Assembly (NCBI GenBank): GCA_965218785.1
Contig: OZ244650.1
Location: forward strand, 640,001-704,000
Direction: 5' to 3'
DNA from: Nitrosopumilus sp.
GTDB lineage: Archaea > Thermoproteota > Nitrososphaeria > Nitrososphaerales > Nitrosopumilaceae
Length of the DNA: 64,000 bases
The notes beneath the pieces are model-generated. The model worked only from the letters and a program-made list of their open reading frames with translations. It had not been told where the DNA came from and searched no databases. Shown piece by piece: positions 1 through 14,600 of this stretch; the first letter of the stretch is position 1; every line of letters begins with the position of its first letter. The translations under genes and the position numbers were made by a program.

Positions 1-854
1 GTGATATTGGTTGCATGGAATACTGATAATACCAAGTCCTGAAGTCTTTGATCATCTTCCAGATCAATAATTTTTAGTCCTAAATCTTTGCCTGTACTTC
101 TTACTATGTGCCTGGAATGACTCTTGAAAACACCATGTGATGAGAGTGTCTTTGCTATACTGTGTCCTCTTGATTCTGCATCTGGTTCATTACCGAACAT
201 GTATGTTTTCAGCCAACGTCCCACAAGATCTTCGGATAATTGTATCGCATTACTACATTGTTGGATCAATCCGGGGCTGTATTGACTCAATAATGGTAGC
301 CATGCACCCATCTTTTCTGGCTCATTTTTGGAAATCTTTTGAGCTGCTGTAAACTCATCTAGTATTACTTGTGCTGGCGTCATTTTTATTCCAAATTGAG
401 TTGGAAGTAATAACTGCGGATCAATTGGACCCAATGATGATTGTTTTCCCATTACCAATTGATTGGATGAGCATGCAAGCATGGTGGCAGCTGACATGGC
501 TGCTTGTGGTATTATAACCCGTATATCATCAAATTTTTCACGCAGATACAACACAATTGATTCTACTGCCTCGGCAGAACCACCTGGACTGTGTAGTATT
601 AAGTCTAATTCTTTGGTCTTCAAACCATACACTGTTTCCATAAATCCCTGTAGATCTTCATTTGTTATTGAAAATACACCGGCAACAGATCCTGCCGAAG
701 GAGATGTCCAATTGGATGCATACAAGATTGTATTTCTTTTTGTATATTGATTTAATTCGATTAGATATTTGCGGCGTATATTGTCAAAAGGTGGCTTGCC
801 TGTTGTTTTAATAGATTCCTGAACCTCACTTAATATTTCTCCCCAGCTTGGCAT
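1..854 (-). CDS. ClpP-fold serine protease (SDH_sah / S49-like), runs off the window edge
   Basis: Not in ORF track. Manual translation from ATG at 854: MPSWGEILSEV...LDLILHSPGGSAEAVESIVLYLREKFDDIRVIIPQAAMSAATMLACSSNQLVMGKQSSLGPIDPQ; HSPGG, AMSAATM and SLGPIDPQ are family motifs. Confidence 0.9.
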   Translation of the reverse strand, partial: MPSWGEILSEVQESIKTTGKPPFDNIRRKYLIELNQYTKRNTILYASNWTSPSAGSVAGVFSITNEDLQGFMETVYGLKTKELDLILHSPGGSAEAVESIVLYLREKFDDIRVIIPQAAMSAATMLACSSNQLVMGKQSSLGPIDPQLLLPTQFGIKMTPAQVILDEFTAAQKISKNEPEKMGAWLPLLSQYSPGLIQQCSNAIQLSEDLVGRWLKTYMFGNEPDAESRGHSIAKTLSSHGVFKSHSRHIVRSTGKDLGLKIIDLEDDQRLQDLVLSVFHATNI

Positions 855-856
855 TT

Positions 857-1039
857 CTAACTAGTGGAATTTGTGGTTATTATTCCTTGATAATTTGTTC
901 TGAAAATGATATTATGTTTCTTCATATACTCTTCATATCTTGATTGCAGTTCTAATAATTCATTTATACCTGCATGTTTTTTTGCCTGTTCAAATAGTTC
1001 GTCAAAACTTGGATTTTTATCCTCAATCTCATTTTCCAT
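857..1039 (-). CDS. small hypothetical protein, putative partner of the ClpP-fold protease
   Basis: 60-aa ORF ending 2 nt before the protease start, same strand. Confidence 0.7.
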   Translation of the reverse strand: MENEIEDKNPSFDELFEQAKKHAGINELLELQSRYEEYMKKHNIIFRTNYQGIITTNSTS

Positions 1040-1422
1040 ACTAGATAGATGTGTTGTTGGTAAAAAAAGGTTTCAATTCATGATTGATATCGTTATGATT
1101 AAAAAAAATTAATAGGAATATTGTAGGCGTCCCAATCGCCTCTGTCATCATTACTACAAAGCAGACATGGCGGATTTGGCAAATACCAAAAAGGTGAAGG
1201 CAAAATAGCATCTAATTATGCAAACGCGGATTTGGCAGTAAAAGCAATGTTGAAATTCGTTGAAAAAAGAGCAAATAGATAAGATAGTTTCCCTTTTAAT
1301 ATTTTTAAAGCGCACTTTGCAAATCACAGAGTTTGATACTGATTAATTCTTAAAGTAATTCAAAATACCAAACAAACATCTCAAGAATTAGAAAAAAATG
1401 CAAAAATCAGGATCCGATAACT

Positions 1423-1845
1423 GCCTTACGCCGGAAAGCACCCGAGAATCCTCGTTATGATCCATTACAAAAGACGGAATTCAGTTTTTTAGAGCATGTG
1501 AGAAATTCAATGCAGATACATGTGTCGTATATTGAGGAATTAAACAGAGCGGGGTCAAATTGCAGTAATCTTGGATGGGGCGCCACAGCATCGTGCAAAA
1601 GATGTCAGGAAATTTTTTTTTTAAGAAAAAAAACCCAAACGTCAAATTAATTATCCTCCAAAATCCCTTCTCTGAATACAGTAGAGTGCTGGCATCAGGC
1701 AAAGCGTTTGCCGGTCTAATATCGTGCGTCAATCTCCAATATGCATTGTTTCCAAATATTTTAGAACGGTGAGATTCTGCCTGGATGCTGAAAATATCTG
1801 TGCAGAGTTTCCGATATTTGCCTCATAAACATTTGATTATCACTA
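1423..1845 (+). mobile_element. IS630-family remnant (3' part and right end)
   Basis: Aligns by eye with 47722-48162 (e.g. GCGCCACAGCATCGxGCAAAAG, GAGTGCTGGCATCAGGCAAAGCG, end CATAAAC...TGAT..TCACTA); broken frames. Confidence 0.85.
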
Positions 1846-1899
1846 TGCCCAAATACAATGCTGACAGGTGACATCAATGCAAAAATTATACATAAAAAA

Positions 1900-2425
1900 A
1901 CAATCCTATAACACTGCTGTTGGTACCGGTGTAGGTATGGCATACCGTTTATGGAAAAACAAACAAAGTTACAGGAAAAATTTGAAAAAGCGCTGAATGA
2001 ACATGTGAGGCACTGCAAATATCCTGCAGTCAAGGAGGATATCGGGGTATTGACAGTTGAATGCCTAAATGGTCTCAGTCACGAATTCCGGAAACTGCCT
2101 GGGTCCGAATTGCAAAATCAAACCAAATTACAGAGACGCAGCATGGTCAACTGATTGGAAATTTATCCTGCTGAATTTTTATTCGGTGAGGTCTTGATAA
2201 TGCTCTTTCAGACATTGGACCAGTTCCTGTATTTTGACCCGTGTTAACTGACGTGACTTGCCCCAAAAAATAAGACCGGTGATCATCATGGGTCTGACTG
2301 TCCCTGACTTGGCTCATTTTTCATATTTATGGGACGATTCAAAATACAGCAAGAAATTTTCAACAGACAGATTTGAATCTGAAGATCCGTATTTATACCT
2401 CATGCCTAGTAGCACGGTAACTTGG
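1900..2425 (+). mobile_element. IS6-like degenerate remnant
   Basis: 2255-2425 resembles 59150-59325 (GACTTGCC..AAAA, TTTTCATATTT.TGGG, AATCTG..GAAGATC, TGCCTAG..GCAC..TAACT); ORF fragment VECLNG resembles transposase xERLNG. Confidence 0.55.
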
Positions 2426-2629
2426 ATCTTTTTTTGATCGCCTCAAATCCAATCCTTGAAAACACCCTAATTACGTGCAATAAAAACACCATAAATTACC
2501 CATATGGTCAGAGAATACTTTTTAAACTGCATTTATTATCAAAAACACAGGTAAATAAAACATGATAAATATGACGGAGGTGGGGAACACCGTATTGACA
2601 CTTGGTGGTAATGACCCATTTGATGCCAT

Positions 2630-5600
2630 ATGACGATTCTACCTATTGGCCTGCTTGCAATACTTTTTGCATTCTCTGCAGGACTGGTACTATCTGATGC
2701 GAATGCCCAGACTGCTGTCCTGTCTGAAATAGACTCATTTGCCCTTCCAGATAACGGATACCGGCACAACCTGATACATCTTAGCGACGAATTTTACGTC
2801 TCCTCACACACTGCAATTCATACTTCTGCAACAGATGAGAATGCTTTATCATCTGTAGTCTACCTCAGACTATACACCATAATTAATGGGGAGATCAATC
2901 TGATTCGCGACCTTGCAGTAACACCCACTGGAGGTGGTTCCGAGTCCACAGTCCGTTCAGAAACAGAGAACCCAAATTCTACTGGTCTTGCACGCGTAGA
3001 TGTTGATAGACTTGCATTGTCATATACCTCTAGTGGAACAAATATTATTCGAACATATAATGTTACAATTTCTAGTCCTAATCCTGACTTTGTACGGGAT
3101 AAGCAACGTGTCTTTCAATCCGTAGGAGATGCAAATAATCACTCTCTGGTAGCACTTGATAAAGAAACGTTGGTACTTTCATATTCGCTGCCTGATGGTA
3201 GTCCTGACGGCTATGTTCAACTTTTCTCTATTCCTCATTCGGGTATTACACTGGATCTTGAGAACACTCTCCGGTATACCGACATACAGGGACGGTATCC
3301 ATCCTTGGTAAAACTGGATGATGATAGGGTGGTACTTGCATACAGAACTGTGAGAGCCCAGGTATATATTCAGACCGTTGATATTGTGACCAATGATATG
3401 GCCAATGATACACTTAATGCTCGCCTTGCTTTTACGACTATTGATTCCGATGAAAGAACGGCGTACAACTCTCTTATCCGGGTGGATGATAACACCGTGG
3501 CCTTGGCATACTCTAGGATTGGTATGAGTACGAACCTGGGCGACGGGGATGGCAGGATCCGCGTCTTTGATGTTGCTGACACAACTGGTGCCATTAGTTC
3601 AACTGGTAGTGGTGCTGTATTTTATGATGACGCTGAAACGGCAGGATCCGAGGAACGCATACACCTCAGCTCGCTGGCACTGCTGGACTCTGATACAATT
3701 GCAGTCGCATACAGGGGTGAAGGTGGAGCCGGCTTTATCCGATTATATGATATAGCCAGTAATGGTGCTTTGACTGCCAATGGTGAACCATTAGAACACG
3801 ACTCGGCAAACGGTGCGTTCAACTCACTTATCGCGATAGATGATACCACACTGGCACTCGTGTATGGAGGGGATCTTGCTAGGACTGATTTGTCAACGTC
3901 CTCTGAAGTTCCCAACACCATCAAGCTATTTAGTACGGTTTCAGATGTGATGCCGCCAACCATACTTTCTGCCGAGACCACTGATAGTAACACAATCGTG
4001 CTTACGGCATCAGAACTCCTTGAAGGAATGGCGAATATCGGAGACTTTACCGTTTCTAGCAGTACTCTTTCGGGTCATACTGTTTTTCCCAATACTGTTA
4101 CTGCTGCTGAAATATCTGGCAGTACCATAATCCTGACTACAGGCACGGTAATTTCCGGCGGTACTATTACGATTGCAGTGGAATACCGTGGTAACTCCAT
4201 AACTGATGGTGTAGGAAACGCACTTGCGAGATTTACCGATCAGTCCGTGAGCAACCGCGAGGTCGGCGTACCAATCATAACTAGCGTATCGGCAACACCT
4301 GGTACCTACAAAATAGGTGATACCATCGACATCACCGTAACGCTTAACACGTCAGTATTTGTATCAAATTCAAACGGACGACTGGAACTGAATTTTGGCA
4401 CTATTACTAGAGAGGTACCCATTTCCTCAAGTGTTACTAATAGTAATACTATTACCTTGCCATTCCCGTATACGGTTGCTACAGGAGATACTTCTGCTAA
4501 TCTAAATTATGTCGATACAAACTCGTTTCTAGGTTCTTCCGGTCACTTTACTGGTCCGGAAGGCCTTCTAAATCTGGCACTTCCTCCAACCACTTCAGCT
4601 GATTCGCTTGGCGGCTCTAATATAATAGTGACTGGTATTGCACCAATCATATCCACTGCTGTAACCACTGGTAGCACCACAATCGTACTTACGGCATCAG
4701 AGGCCCTTACAGGAACTATTGCTACCGGAGACTTTACCGTTGATGGCAATACCGTTATGGGTATACCTATACTATCTGATGGCACTACCATAACCATAAC
4801 TGTGGACACGGCAATTATCGGCGGCAATACAGTTACTGTGGATTACGGCGGTACCGCACTAGTTAATGCCGCAGGAAACGCACTTGCAACATTTGACGAT
4901 CGCCCCGTGACAAACAACGAGGCACCAATACCTGTCATAACTGACGTATCGGCAACAGGCGGTCCATACACCGCAGGTAATACCGTCCCCATTACCGTAA
5001 CATACGACCTGGCAGTAAGAGTAGTTGGAAACCCAGAACTGTTGCTGGCTACTGGCGACCCTGTTGCTGGCACCCCTAATACACCGGCAGTCTATCATTC
5101 CAGTCCTACTCCAACTACACTGCTATTCAATTATATGGTTGCTGCAACAGATAATTCTGCTGATCTAAATTATGTCGGTACAGACTCGCTTACACTAAGC
5201 GGCAGCGACAGCATCCTGTCCACCGCTGATAGCGCAGTTGCCAGTCTGACGCTTCCTGACCCCTCTGTTAACTCCTTTGGGGGATCTAACATAGTAGTGG
5301 ATAATGTGGCTCCTTTTCCATCTATAAATCGCGCTGTTCCTACCAATCCCACACTCCCGTTTGATATAGAATACGCTGTCCTGTTTTCAGAGCCTGTAAC
5401 AGGTCTTATGGCATCTGAAATTATGGTAACTGGAACAGCATCCGGTGGTTCCCCTGTAGTATCAGACTTTGTAGGAACCCCCCCTACCGACAGGTACACC
5501 TTTAATGTGGAAATCACCGCTGATGGTACAGTCGAAGTAACGATTCCTGCAGGTGTGGCAATGGATCGGGTAAACATCGGCAATACAGCATTATTAACAT

Positions 5601-8600
5601 CAGTCATCGATACAATTGATACTACGGCACCTTTCTACCGTTCTGCTGTAACCACTGATGCAAACACGATTACAATTACAGTATCAGAACCCCTTGACGA
5701 AAGTGTTGATGCTGTTGCCTCAGACTTTAGCGTTACATCCAACGGCATTGCCAACGGCCTTACCGCCCTACCTGAAATAAATGACAATATCATAACCCTA
5801 AGGGTAGGCACGCCAATTCTCGGCGGTCATGCGATTACAGTGCAATATTCTGGTATGAATCTAATTGATGCAGCAGGTAACGCACTTGAGATCTTTACAA
5901 GGAATCCGACAAACACCTTGGATGTTCCAACAACTCCTGCCGTAACTGGGGTAACTGGACTAGGCGGTTTTTACTTTTCGGGTTTCTCCATTGACATCGA
6001 GGTAACATTTGACGAGGCAGTAACCGTATCTACAGAATCTGGAATCCCGCGAATAATCCTGGATACTGGTGTTACTGGTGGTACAGCAGTCAACTATGTC
6101 AGAACCGAGAGTGGTGGAACTGTCTTGGTATTCGACTATTCAACTGCCCCCGGACACAATTCTGAGAAACTCAACTATGTCAACACGGGCTCCCTCATAC
6201 TAAACGGCGGAAGCATAAATGCCGCTGATGATGCTAATCCTGCCGATCTGACACTTCCTGCAGTTGCTTCTACAGCATCACTTGGCAACTCTAACATAGT
6301 GGTGGATACTGTAATACCCAGTGTAACCATATCCTCTGATAACCTCCTCACAAAATCTCGCAGCATCACATTTACTGCCGAGTTTACAGAGGACGTGACA
6401 GGCTTTGTTGATACTACAAATGATATCGTGGTATCTGGTGCGGCAACAACTGTCACAACAATAACTCCCGTTAACGGCACCCATTACGACTTTGTTGTGG
6501 ATGCCACCGCTGATGGCGCAGTCACCGTATCCATCCCCGCAGATGCGGCAATGGATAGGGCAGATAACGGCAATACGGTATCTGACCCATACACCATCAC
6601 AGTCGATACTGTAGCACCCACCGTGACTATATCTACTGATACCGCTAATGGCGGCTCGCAAAACACCAACACAATATCATACAATGTCGACTTTAGCGAG
6701 GGAGTCCACGACTTTGTCGAAGGTGATATTACCGTAACTGGAACGGCGCCCTTTGGTACACCCGCAATAAGAAACTTTAATGAAGTCGGTCCAGAAGAGT
6801 ATACGTTTGACGTGGTAACCACCGATAATGGTACAGTCCTGGTAACGATTCCCGCAGGTGTGGCAACAGATGATGCGACCAACGGCAACGAGGCATCTGC
6901 CACATATACTGTCACAGTTGATGATGACATACCCACTGTCACCATAAGCGCTACTGACAGTGCTGGCACTGCTACCGCTAATGGCGGCTCGCAAAACGAC
7001 AACACAATATCATACACTGCCACCTTTAGCAAGCCTGTAACAGGCTTTGAAATAGATGATATCACGATATCTGGATCAGCACCACTTGGTACGCCTGCAG
7101 TAACAAACTTTGATATAACAAACGCACCCGAGTATACGTTTGACGTGGTAACCACCAATGATGGCACAGTCCTTGTATCCATCGCGGAAAATGTGGCAGC
7201 AGATACGGCAGGCAACGGCAACGCGGCATCTGGCGTATATACCGTTACAGTTGATAATGTCGTACCCACCGTGATGCTGGGTTCTACTACTACTGCAGTT
7301 GATGGCGGCTCGCAAAACACCAGCATAGCATCCTACACTGTCATGTTTAGCGAGGATGTCGAGAACTTTGTCGAAGGTGATATCACAGTAACTGGAACGG
7401 CATCAGGTGGTTCCCCTGGAGTATCAAGCTTTGCAGGAATCGGTGCCTCATACACCTTTAACGTGGAGACCAGCGCTGATGGTACAGTCGAAGTAACGAT
7501 TCCCGCAGGTGTGGCAGCAGATGCGGCAGGCAACCTCAACACGGAATCCCTCATGCACACTATTACAGTTGATACTACCGTGCCAACTGTGGGGATAACC
7601 ACTGATACTGCTAATGGCGGCTCGCAAAACACCAACACAATATCATACACTGCCACCTTTAGCGAGGCAGTCAACAACTTTGTCGTAGATGATATCACAG
7701 TAACTGGAACGGCATCCGGCGGTTCGCCTACAGCAACAATCTTTGACGGAAGCGGTGCCTCATATACCTTTAACGTGGTAACCAGCGCTGATGGTACAGT
7801 CGAGGTAATGATTCCCGCAAATGTGGCAACAGATACGGCAAACAACGACAACATGGAATCTGGCACATACACCGTCACAGTTGATACCCTCGCGCCTACC
7901 ATCATGTCTGTGGAAACCACTGATAGTACCACGATCGTAATTACCGCATTAGAACCCCTTGCAGAAATTACTCCTACGGGAGTCTTTACCGTTACTGACA
8001 ACACCGTTAATGGCATTCCTACAATATCTGGCAGTACCATAACCATAATCGTTGGCACATCAATAGTGTTTGGAGACACACCTGAAGTAACATATGTTGG
8101 CACTGACCTAACTGATGTCGCCGGAAACGCACTTGAGGCGATTACCGACCGGACTGTAACAAACAACGTGCCAGTCGCTGGCGCGCCAGTTGTAACCGGC
8201 GTAGCGGCACCGCCCGGTTCATACAAAGAGGGTGATACCATTAATATCACCGTAACATTTAACGAGGCAGTAACCGTATCTACAACATCTGGAACCCCGC
8301 AACTGACGCTGGAGACTGGTGATCCTGATGCGGTAGCTGTCTATACCCTCACCGGCTCTACTGGAACTGCCCTGATATTCGAGTATACGGTTGCTGCAGG
8401 AGAGAATTCTGCTGATCTCAACTATGTGAGTATAAACTCGCTTGACCTAAACGGCGGAACCATAGTTGCTGTAGCTCCCGGCGCTACTCCCGCATCCACG
8501 ACACTTCCTGCTATTACCGCCGTTGAGTCACTTGGCGGCAGCTCTGCTGTAATTGTGGATACTATGGCGCCAACTGTAGTCATAACTAACATTCAAACCA

Positions 8601-11600
8601 CTAATATCGGCGGCTTTTCCTCCTCCCGCGTCCTTACCTTCATTGCCACCTTTAGCGAGGAAGTCAACAACTTTGTCGTAGGTGATATCACGGTAGGTGG
8701 AACGGCTACTGTCACAGCAGCAGCTAGCGTTATGCAACAACCTTTCGGAGACCGCTCCATATACACCATTGCTGTGACTGCCCCCGCTGATGGTACAGTC
8801 GTTGTATCAATTCCCCTAAATGCTGCAGCAGATGATGCAGGCAACGGCAACATGGCATCTGACCCATACACCATCACAGTCGATACTGCAGCACCCACCG
8901 TAACCATAACCGCAGATGATGTAAATGCTAACGGTTTCACAAACTCTGCTGCCATTACCTATAATGCCAAATTTAACGAGGTCGTGTCAGATTTTGATAA
9001 CGCAAATGATATTACACTAGGTGGTACGGCAACTGCAACTGTCTCAGCACCAACGGCCATTAACGGCACCGACTATACCTTTGTTGTGACTAGCACCGCT
9101 GATGCTACCTCCGCCAATGATGGCACCGTCGTCGTATCCATACCTGTAAATGCGGTATCAGATGCGGCAGGAAACAACAACGCGGCATCTGCCCCATATA
9201 CTGTCACAATCGATACCGTGGTATCCGGCGTGCAAATAACTACTATTACTGATAATGACGGAACACAAAACAGCAACACGATATCATACTCTGCAGTCTT
9301 TGGCGAGGCTGTGACAGGCTTTGATCTGGCAGATATTGACGTATCTGGAACGGCATCCAATAATGCACCTGTAGCATCAAGCTTTTCAGGAAGCGGGCTT
9401 TCCTACGCCTTTGACGTGGTGGTAGCCTCAGGCGATGGCACCGTCATAGTAAGGATTCCAGCAAATGTGGCAGTTGATAGGGCAGGCAACGGTCACACGG
9501 CATCTAACACATACACAGTCACAGTCGATACTGCCCTACCCACCGTAGAGATAACCGCTGACGGTGTCGCTAATGGCGGCTCGCAAACCACCGACACTGT
9601 ATCCTATACAGCCACCTTTAACGAGGAAGTTGTGAACTTTGTAGTAGCTGATATTGAAGTATCTGGAACGGCATCCTTTGGTACACCTGCAGTAACAGAC
9701 TTTGATGCAACAAACGCGCCCGTGTATACGTTTGACGTGATGACCACCGATGACGGTACAGTCGTCGTATCAATCCCCGAAGGTGCGGCAACAGATGCAG
9801 GAACCAACGGCAACGTGGCATCCGGCGATCACACAGTCACAGTTGATACCAGCATACCCAGCGTAACTGGCGTAGCTGCAACAGGCGGCTCATACATGGC
9901 AAGCGACCGCATTGACATCATCGTAACATTTGACGAGCAAGTAGAGGTAACTGGCGAGCCAACTTTAACTCTGGATACCGGCGCAGTGGTAAGCTTTAAT
10001 GCTTTCGTTGACACCAGCCGTCTCACCTTGCAATTTCCATATACCGTTACCGCAGGACAAAATTCTGACGATCTCAACTATGTGGATGTAGACTCACTTG
10101 ACCTAAGCGGCGGAAGCATCACAGCATTTGATAACGGCATTCCTGCTAGCCTGTTACTTCCCGCAACCACCCTTGATGACTCACTTGGCGGCTCTGATGT
10201 AATAGTGGACACTACCGCACCAAGATTCCTGTCTGCTCAGACCACCACTCCAAACACGATTGAAATTATCATATCAGAACCCCTTGATCAAACTATGACT
10301 GCAGGAACCTTTACCGTTGCCACCAATACCGTTTCTGGCACTCCTGTGATATCTGGCAGTACCATAACCATAACTGTTGGCATGGCAATAACGTCCGCAG
10401 ACACGCTCACAGTATCATACACAACTGACACCGGTGGTATAGCTGACATTGCCGGAAACGCACTTGAAACATTTGCTAATCCAGAGACCGTGACAAACAA
10501 CGTGCCAGACGCTACTGCACCAACTGTACTTAGCGTATCGGCACCGCCCGGTACCCACACCACCGGTGCCACAATTGACATCACCGTAGCATTTGATGAG
10601 GCAGTGGATGTGACTGGCGTCCCGCAACTGACGCTGGATACTGGTGCTGTAGTTGACTATACCTCAGGCACGGGTGGAACTGACCTGCTATTCCAGTATA
10701 CCGTTGCCGCAGGAGAGAATTCTGCTGATCTCAACTATGCCAATGTAAACTCACTTGCACTAAACAGCGGAACCATTAATGTCGCTGGTGGCACTACTGC
10801 TGTAAATCTGGTGCTTCCTGCAACCACCGCTGCAACATCACTTGGCGGCAGCTCTGCTGTAATTGTGGATACTACGGCACCAACTGTAACCATATCTAAC
10901 GATCAAACCACTAGTGACGGTGAGACTGCCACCACCCGCACCCTCGACTACACTGTCGAGTTTTCAGAGACTGTGACAGGCTTTGCCATGAATGATATCA
11001 CAGTATCTGGGGCGGCAACCGCACCTGATGCTGCACCGGCCGGATCCGATGACACGTACACCTTTACTGTGACTGCCCCAGCCGACGGTACAGTCACCGT
11101 ATCCATCCCCGCAGGCGCGGCAGCAGATGAGGCAGGCAACGACAACATTGTATCTGCCGATTATACAGTCATAATTGATGCCACCGCGCCAACCATCATG
11201 TCTGCTGCAACCAGTGGTAGTACCACGATCGTAATTACCGCATCAGAACCACTTGCAGAAATTACTCCTACGGGAGACTTTACCGTTACTGACAACACCG
11301 TTAATGGCATTCCTACAATATCTGGCAGTACCATAACCATAATCGTTGGCACATCAATAGTGTTTGGAGACACACCTGAAGTAACATATGTTGGCACTGA
11401 CCTAACTGATGTCGCCGGAAACGCACTTGCAGCGATTACCTCCCAGACTGTAACAAACAACGTGCCAGTCGCTGGCGTGCCAGTTGTAACCGGCGTAGCG
11501 GCACCGCCCGGTACACACAATGCGGGTGATACCATTGATATCACCGTAACATTTAACGAGGCAGTGGATGTGACTGGCACCCCGCAACTGACGCTGGAGA

Positions 11601-14600
11601 CTGGTGATACTGATGCGGTAGCTGACTATACCTCCACCGGCTCGACTGGAACTGCCCTGATATTCGAGTATACGGTTGCTGCAGGAGAGAATTCTGCTGA
11701 TCTCAACTATGTCGGTACAACCTCGCTTGACCTAAACGGCGGAACCATACTTGCTGAAGCTGACAGCGTTACTCCCGCATCCCTGACACTTCCTGCAACT
11801 ACTGATGCCACATCACTTGGCGGCAGCTCTGCAGTAGTTGTGGATGCTGTGGTACCAACTGTAACCATATCTGCCAGTGTCGATAATGACGGCAGCACAA
11901 ACGACGGCTCTGTATTTTATACTGCCACCTTTAGCGAGGATGTAACCGGCTTTGATGTCGCAGCTGATATTACAGTATCTGGTACTGCAGCTGCAACCCT
12001 CACTACACCAACCGGTTCTGGCAGCACGTACACCTTTGCTGCAACTACCACTAATGGCGGAACAATCACAGTGTTGATTCCTGCAGATGCGGCAGCTGAT
12101 ACTGCCACCAACGGCAACACGGCATCTGCCACATACACCGTTACAGTAAACAGTTTATCCCAAATAAACTCACTTGACCTTACACCAGGCGGCTATAGGC
12201 ACAACCTGGTACATTTCACCGGTGATTACTATGTCTCATCCCACACTGTAACTAGAGCCAATAGCGATGATGCGGCTCTCTGGAATTTTGACACTGTTCT
12301 TAACCTGTACAGTATCATTGGCGGGGACATTACGTTGATTGGCAGTCGGACGGTTGAAACCCGAACTCAGGATAAAACCACGACGATTAACGAATTTACA
12401 ACCCACCCAAGATCCACCGCTGTTACAGCTGTGGATGATGATACCATCGCAGTTACATATGTGGCCAGCAGTACCAGTCGTCTCAGAACATATGATGTTG
12501 ATACCGCATCTACCACTGCACCGTTTGGCACTTCTGTACTTACCTCCCTAGGAACTTCCGGTACTCTCACGCAGGAGCAGACGCACAACCACTCCCTGGT
12601 AACACTTGATGCGACCAGGCTGGTAGTGGCATATTCGTATCCTGATGCCTCCACTACCAACTATATCCAGATTATCAATGTTGTTTCCGGTACCGGCGCT
12701 TTGACACCTGAAACTCCTGTGGAAATCACCGACACACTGGGACAGTACTCATCCCTGGTAAGACTCGATGGTAATACCGTGGTAGTTGCATACAGGGCTG
12801 ATGCTAACGAATATGGATACCTGCGGGCATATAATATTTCAGCCGATAACACCATTGCTCCCGGAGATGCTGTTCAGATCGAGGGTTCCAGAATCGCGCA
12901 CACCTCCCTTATCCGGGTGGATGATGATACGGTAGCTGTTGCATACTCTGCGCTTGGTCTTGATACATCCACGACTGACGGACAGGCAAACCTCAAGGTC
13001 TATAATGTTGACACAAATGCCGCCATTACCGGAGGTACCGGGGTTGCCAGTTCTGTATATTATGATGATGCCGTGGCAGATGTCACATTTGAAGAACATG
13101 CACATCTCAACTCGCTGGCACTGCTAAATACTGATACGCTGGCAGTTGCATACAGGGGCGATGGCCCCGCAGGCAATGTTCGATTATACGACATAGACCT
13201 CTCAACAAACGGCCTGACTGCCCGTGGCGAAGCATTCGTACATGACACGGTAAACGGTGCATTCAACTCGCTTGTCAGCATAAATGATGAAACACTGGCA
13301 CTTGTATACGGAGGGGATCTTCCATCTGTAATAGCAAACACTGACACTCCAAACACCATCAAGACACTTGCGGTTTTAGGTCCTGATACGACTGTACCAA
13401 CCATCGTAGCTGCTGTAACTAGTGATGCGAATACGATCGTACTTACTGCATCCGAATTCCTTGCAAGAACTGCGGCTACCCCGGTCTTTACCGTACCTGG
13501 CAATGCAGTTACTGGTACTGTAATACTTGGAACTACCGTAACCATAACTGTGGATACCCAGATATCGCTCGGGGACACACCCACGATAAATTACGCAGTT
13601 GGTGGTGCCATAACTGATGCTGCAGGAAACGCACTTGCGGCATTTGCTGCCCTGCCTGTGACAAACAACGTAGATGATGCCACCCGCCCAACTGCAATCA
13701 TAACTAACGCTGATATCGCTGATGGCGACACCACACTTACTGACACCACCGCATCCTACACTGTCACCTTCAACGAGCCTGTGCCAGGCTTTGATGTGGC
13801 AGATATCATAATATCCGGAACGGCATCAGGTGGTGCACCGGTACCATCAAACTTTGAAACTGCTACGGCAGACATCTCATACACCTTTGATGTGGTGACT
13901 ACATCTGATGGTACGGTAATAGTATCCGTACCTGAAAATGTGGCAGCAGATCCTGCAGGTAACCAAAACACGGCATCTAACACATATACCATCACAGTTG
14001 ATGCGGAAGTACCTGAGATAGTATCTGCAAGGCTCTCCACTGATACAATCACCATAATCTACAGCAAACTAGTAACTACGGATGCCTCCCATTATGATGA
14101 CGTAATGTCACCTGCTGGCACGCCCCATACAATAGATTCGTTTATTGATGCCACTCCCGATGATGCCAATTACACTGTCATATCACTCATCCTCTCAACT
14201 ACCCCAGCCGGAACCACTGCCACAATCGACATAGCTGGTCCAACAAAGACATCAGACTCTACATCGGCGCTCTCACCACTAGAAGACTATCCGGTAACAG
14301 CAGAAGTCAACGTCGTACTTGACGCTACTGATAACCGCATCGCAGTAACTGATTTTGATTCCACCCTTGCCACAGTCAGATATCCAAGTACAGTCGATGC
14401 CACGCTGGATTATTCATCACTGATAGACGGCGAATCAGTGACTCCAACTGCTACGACAAACACCGAGATTGTAGTAACTGCGACAGGTATACGTGGAGGG
14501 GACATACAGGTGACAATCCCTGCCACCACCACCTTTAGCTCTTCTACCTTTGATGGAATACTGATTCTGCCAACTGACTCTGGATCCGGCTGTGATTCCA

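Noticed and set aside
137-750. Plus-strand ORFs 137-352 and 463-750
   Set aside because: Antisense shadows of the minus-strand ClpP-fold protease
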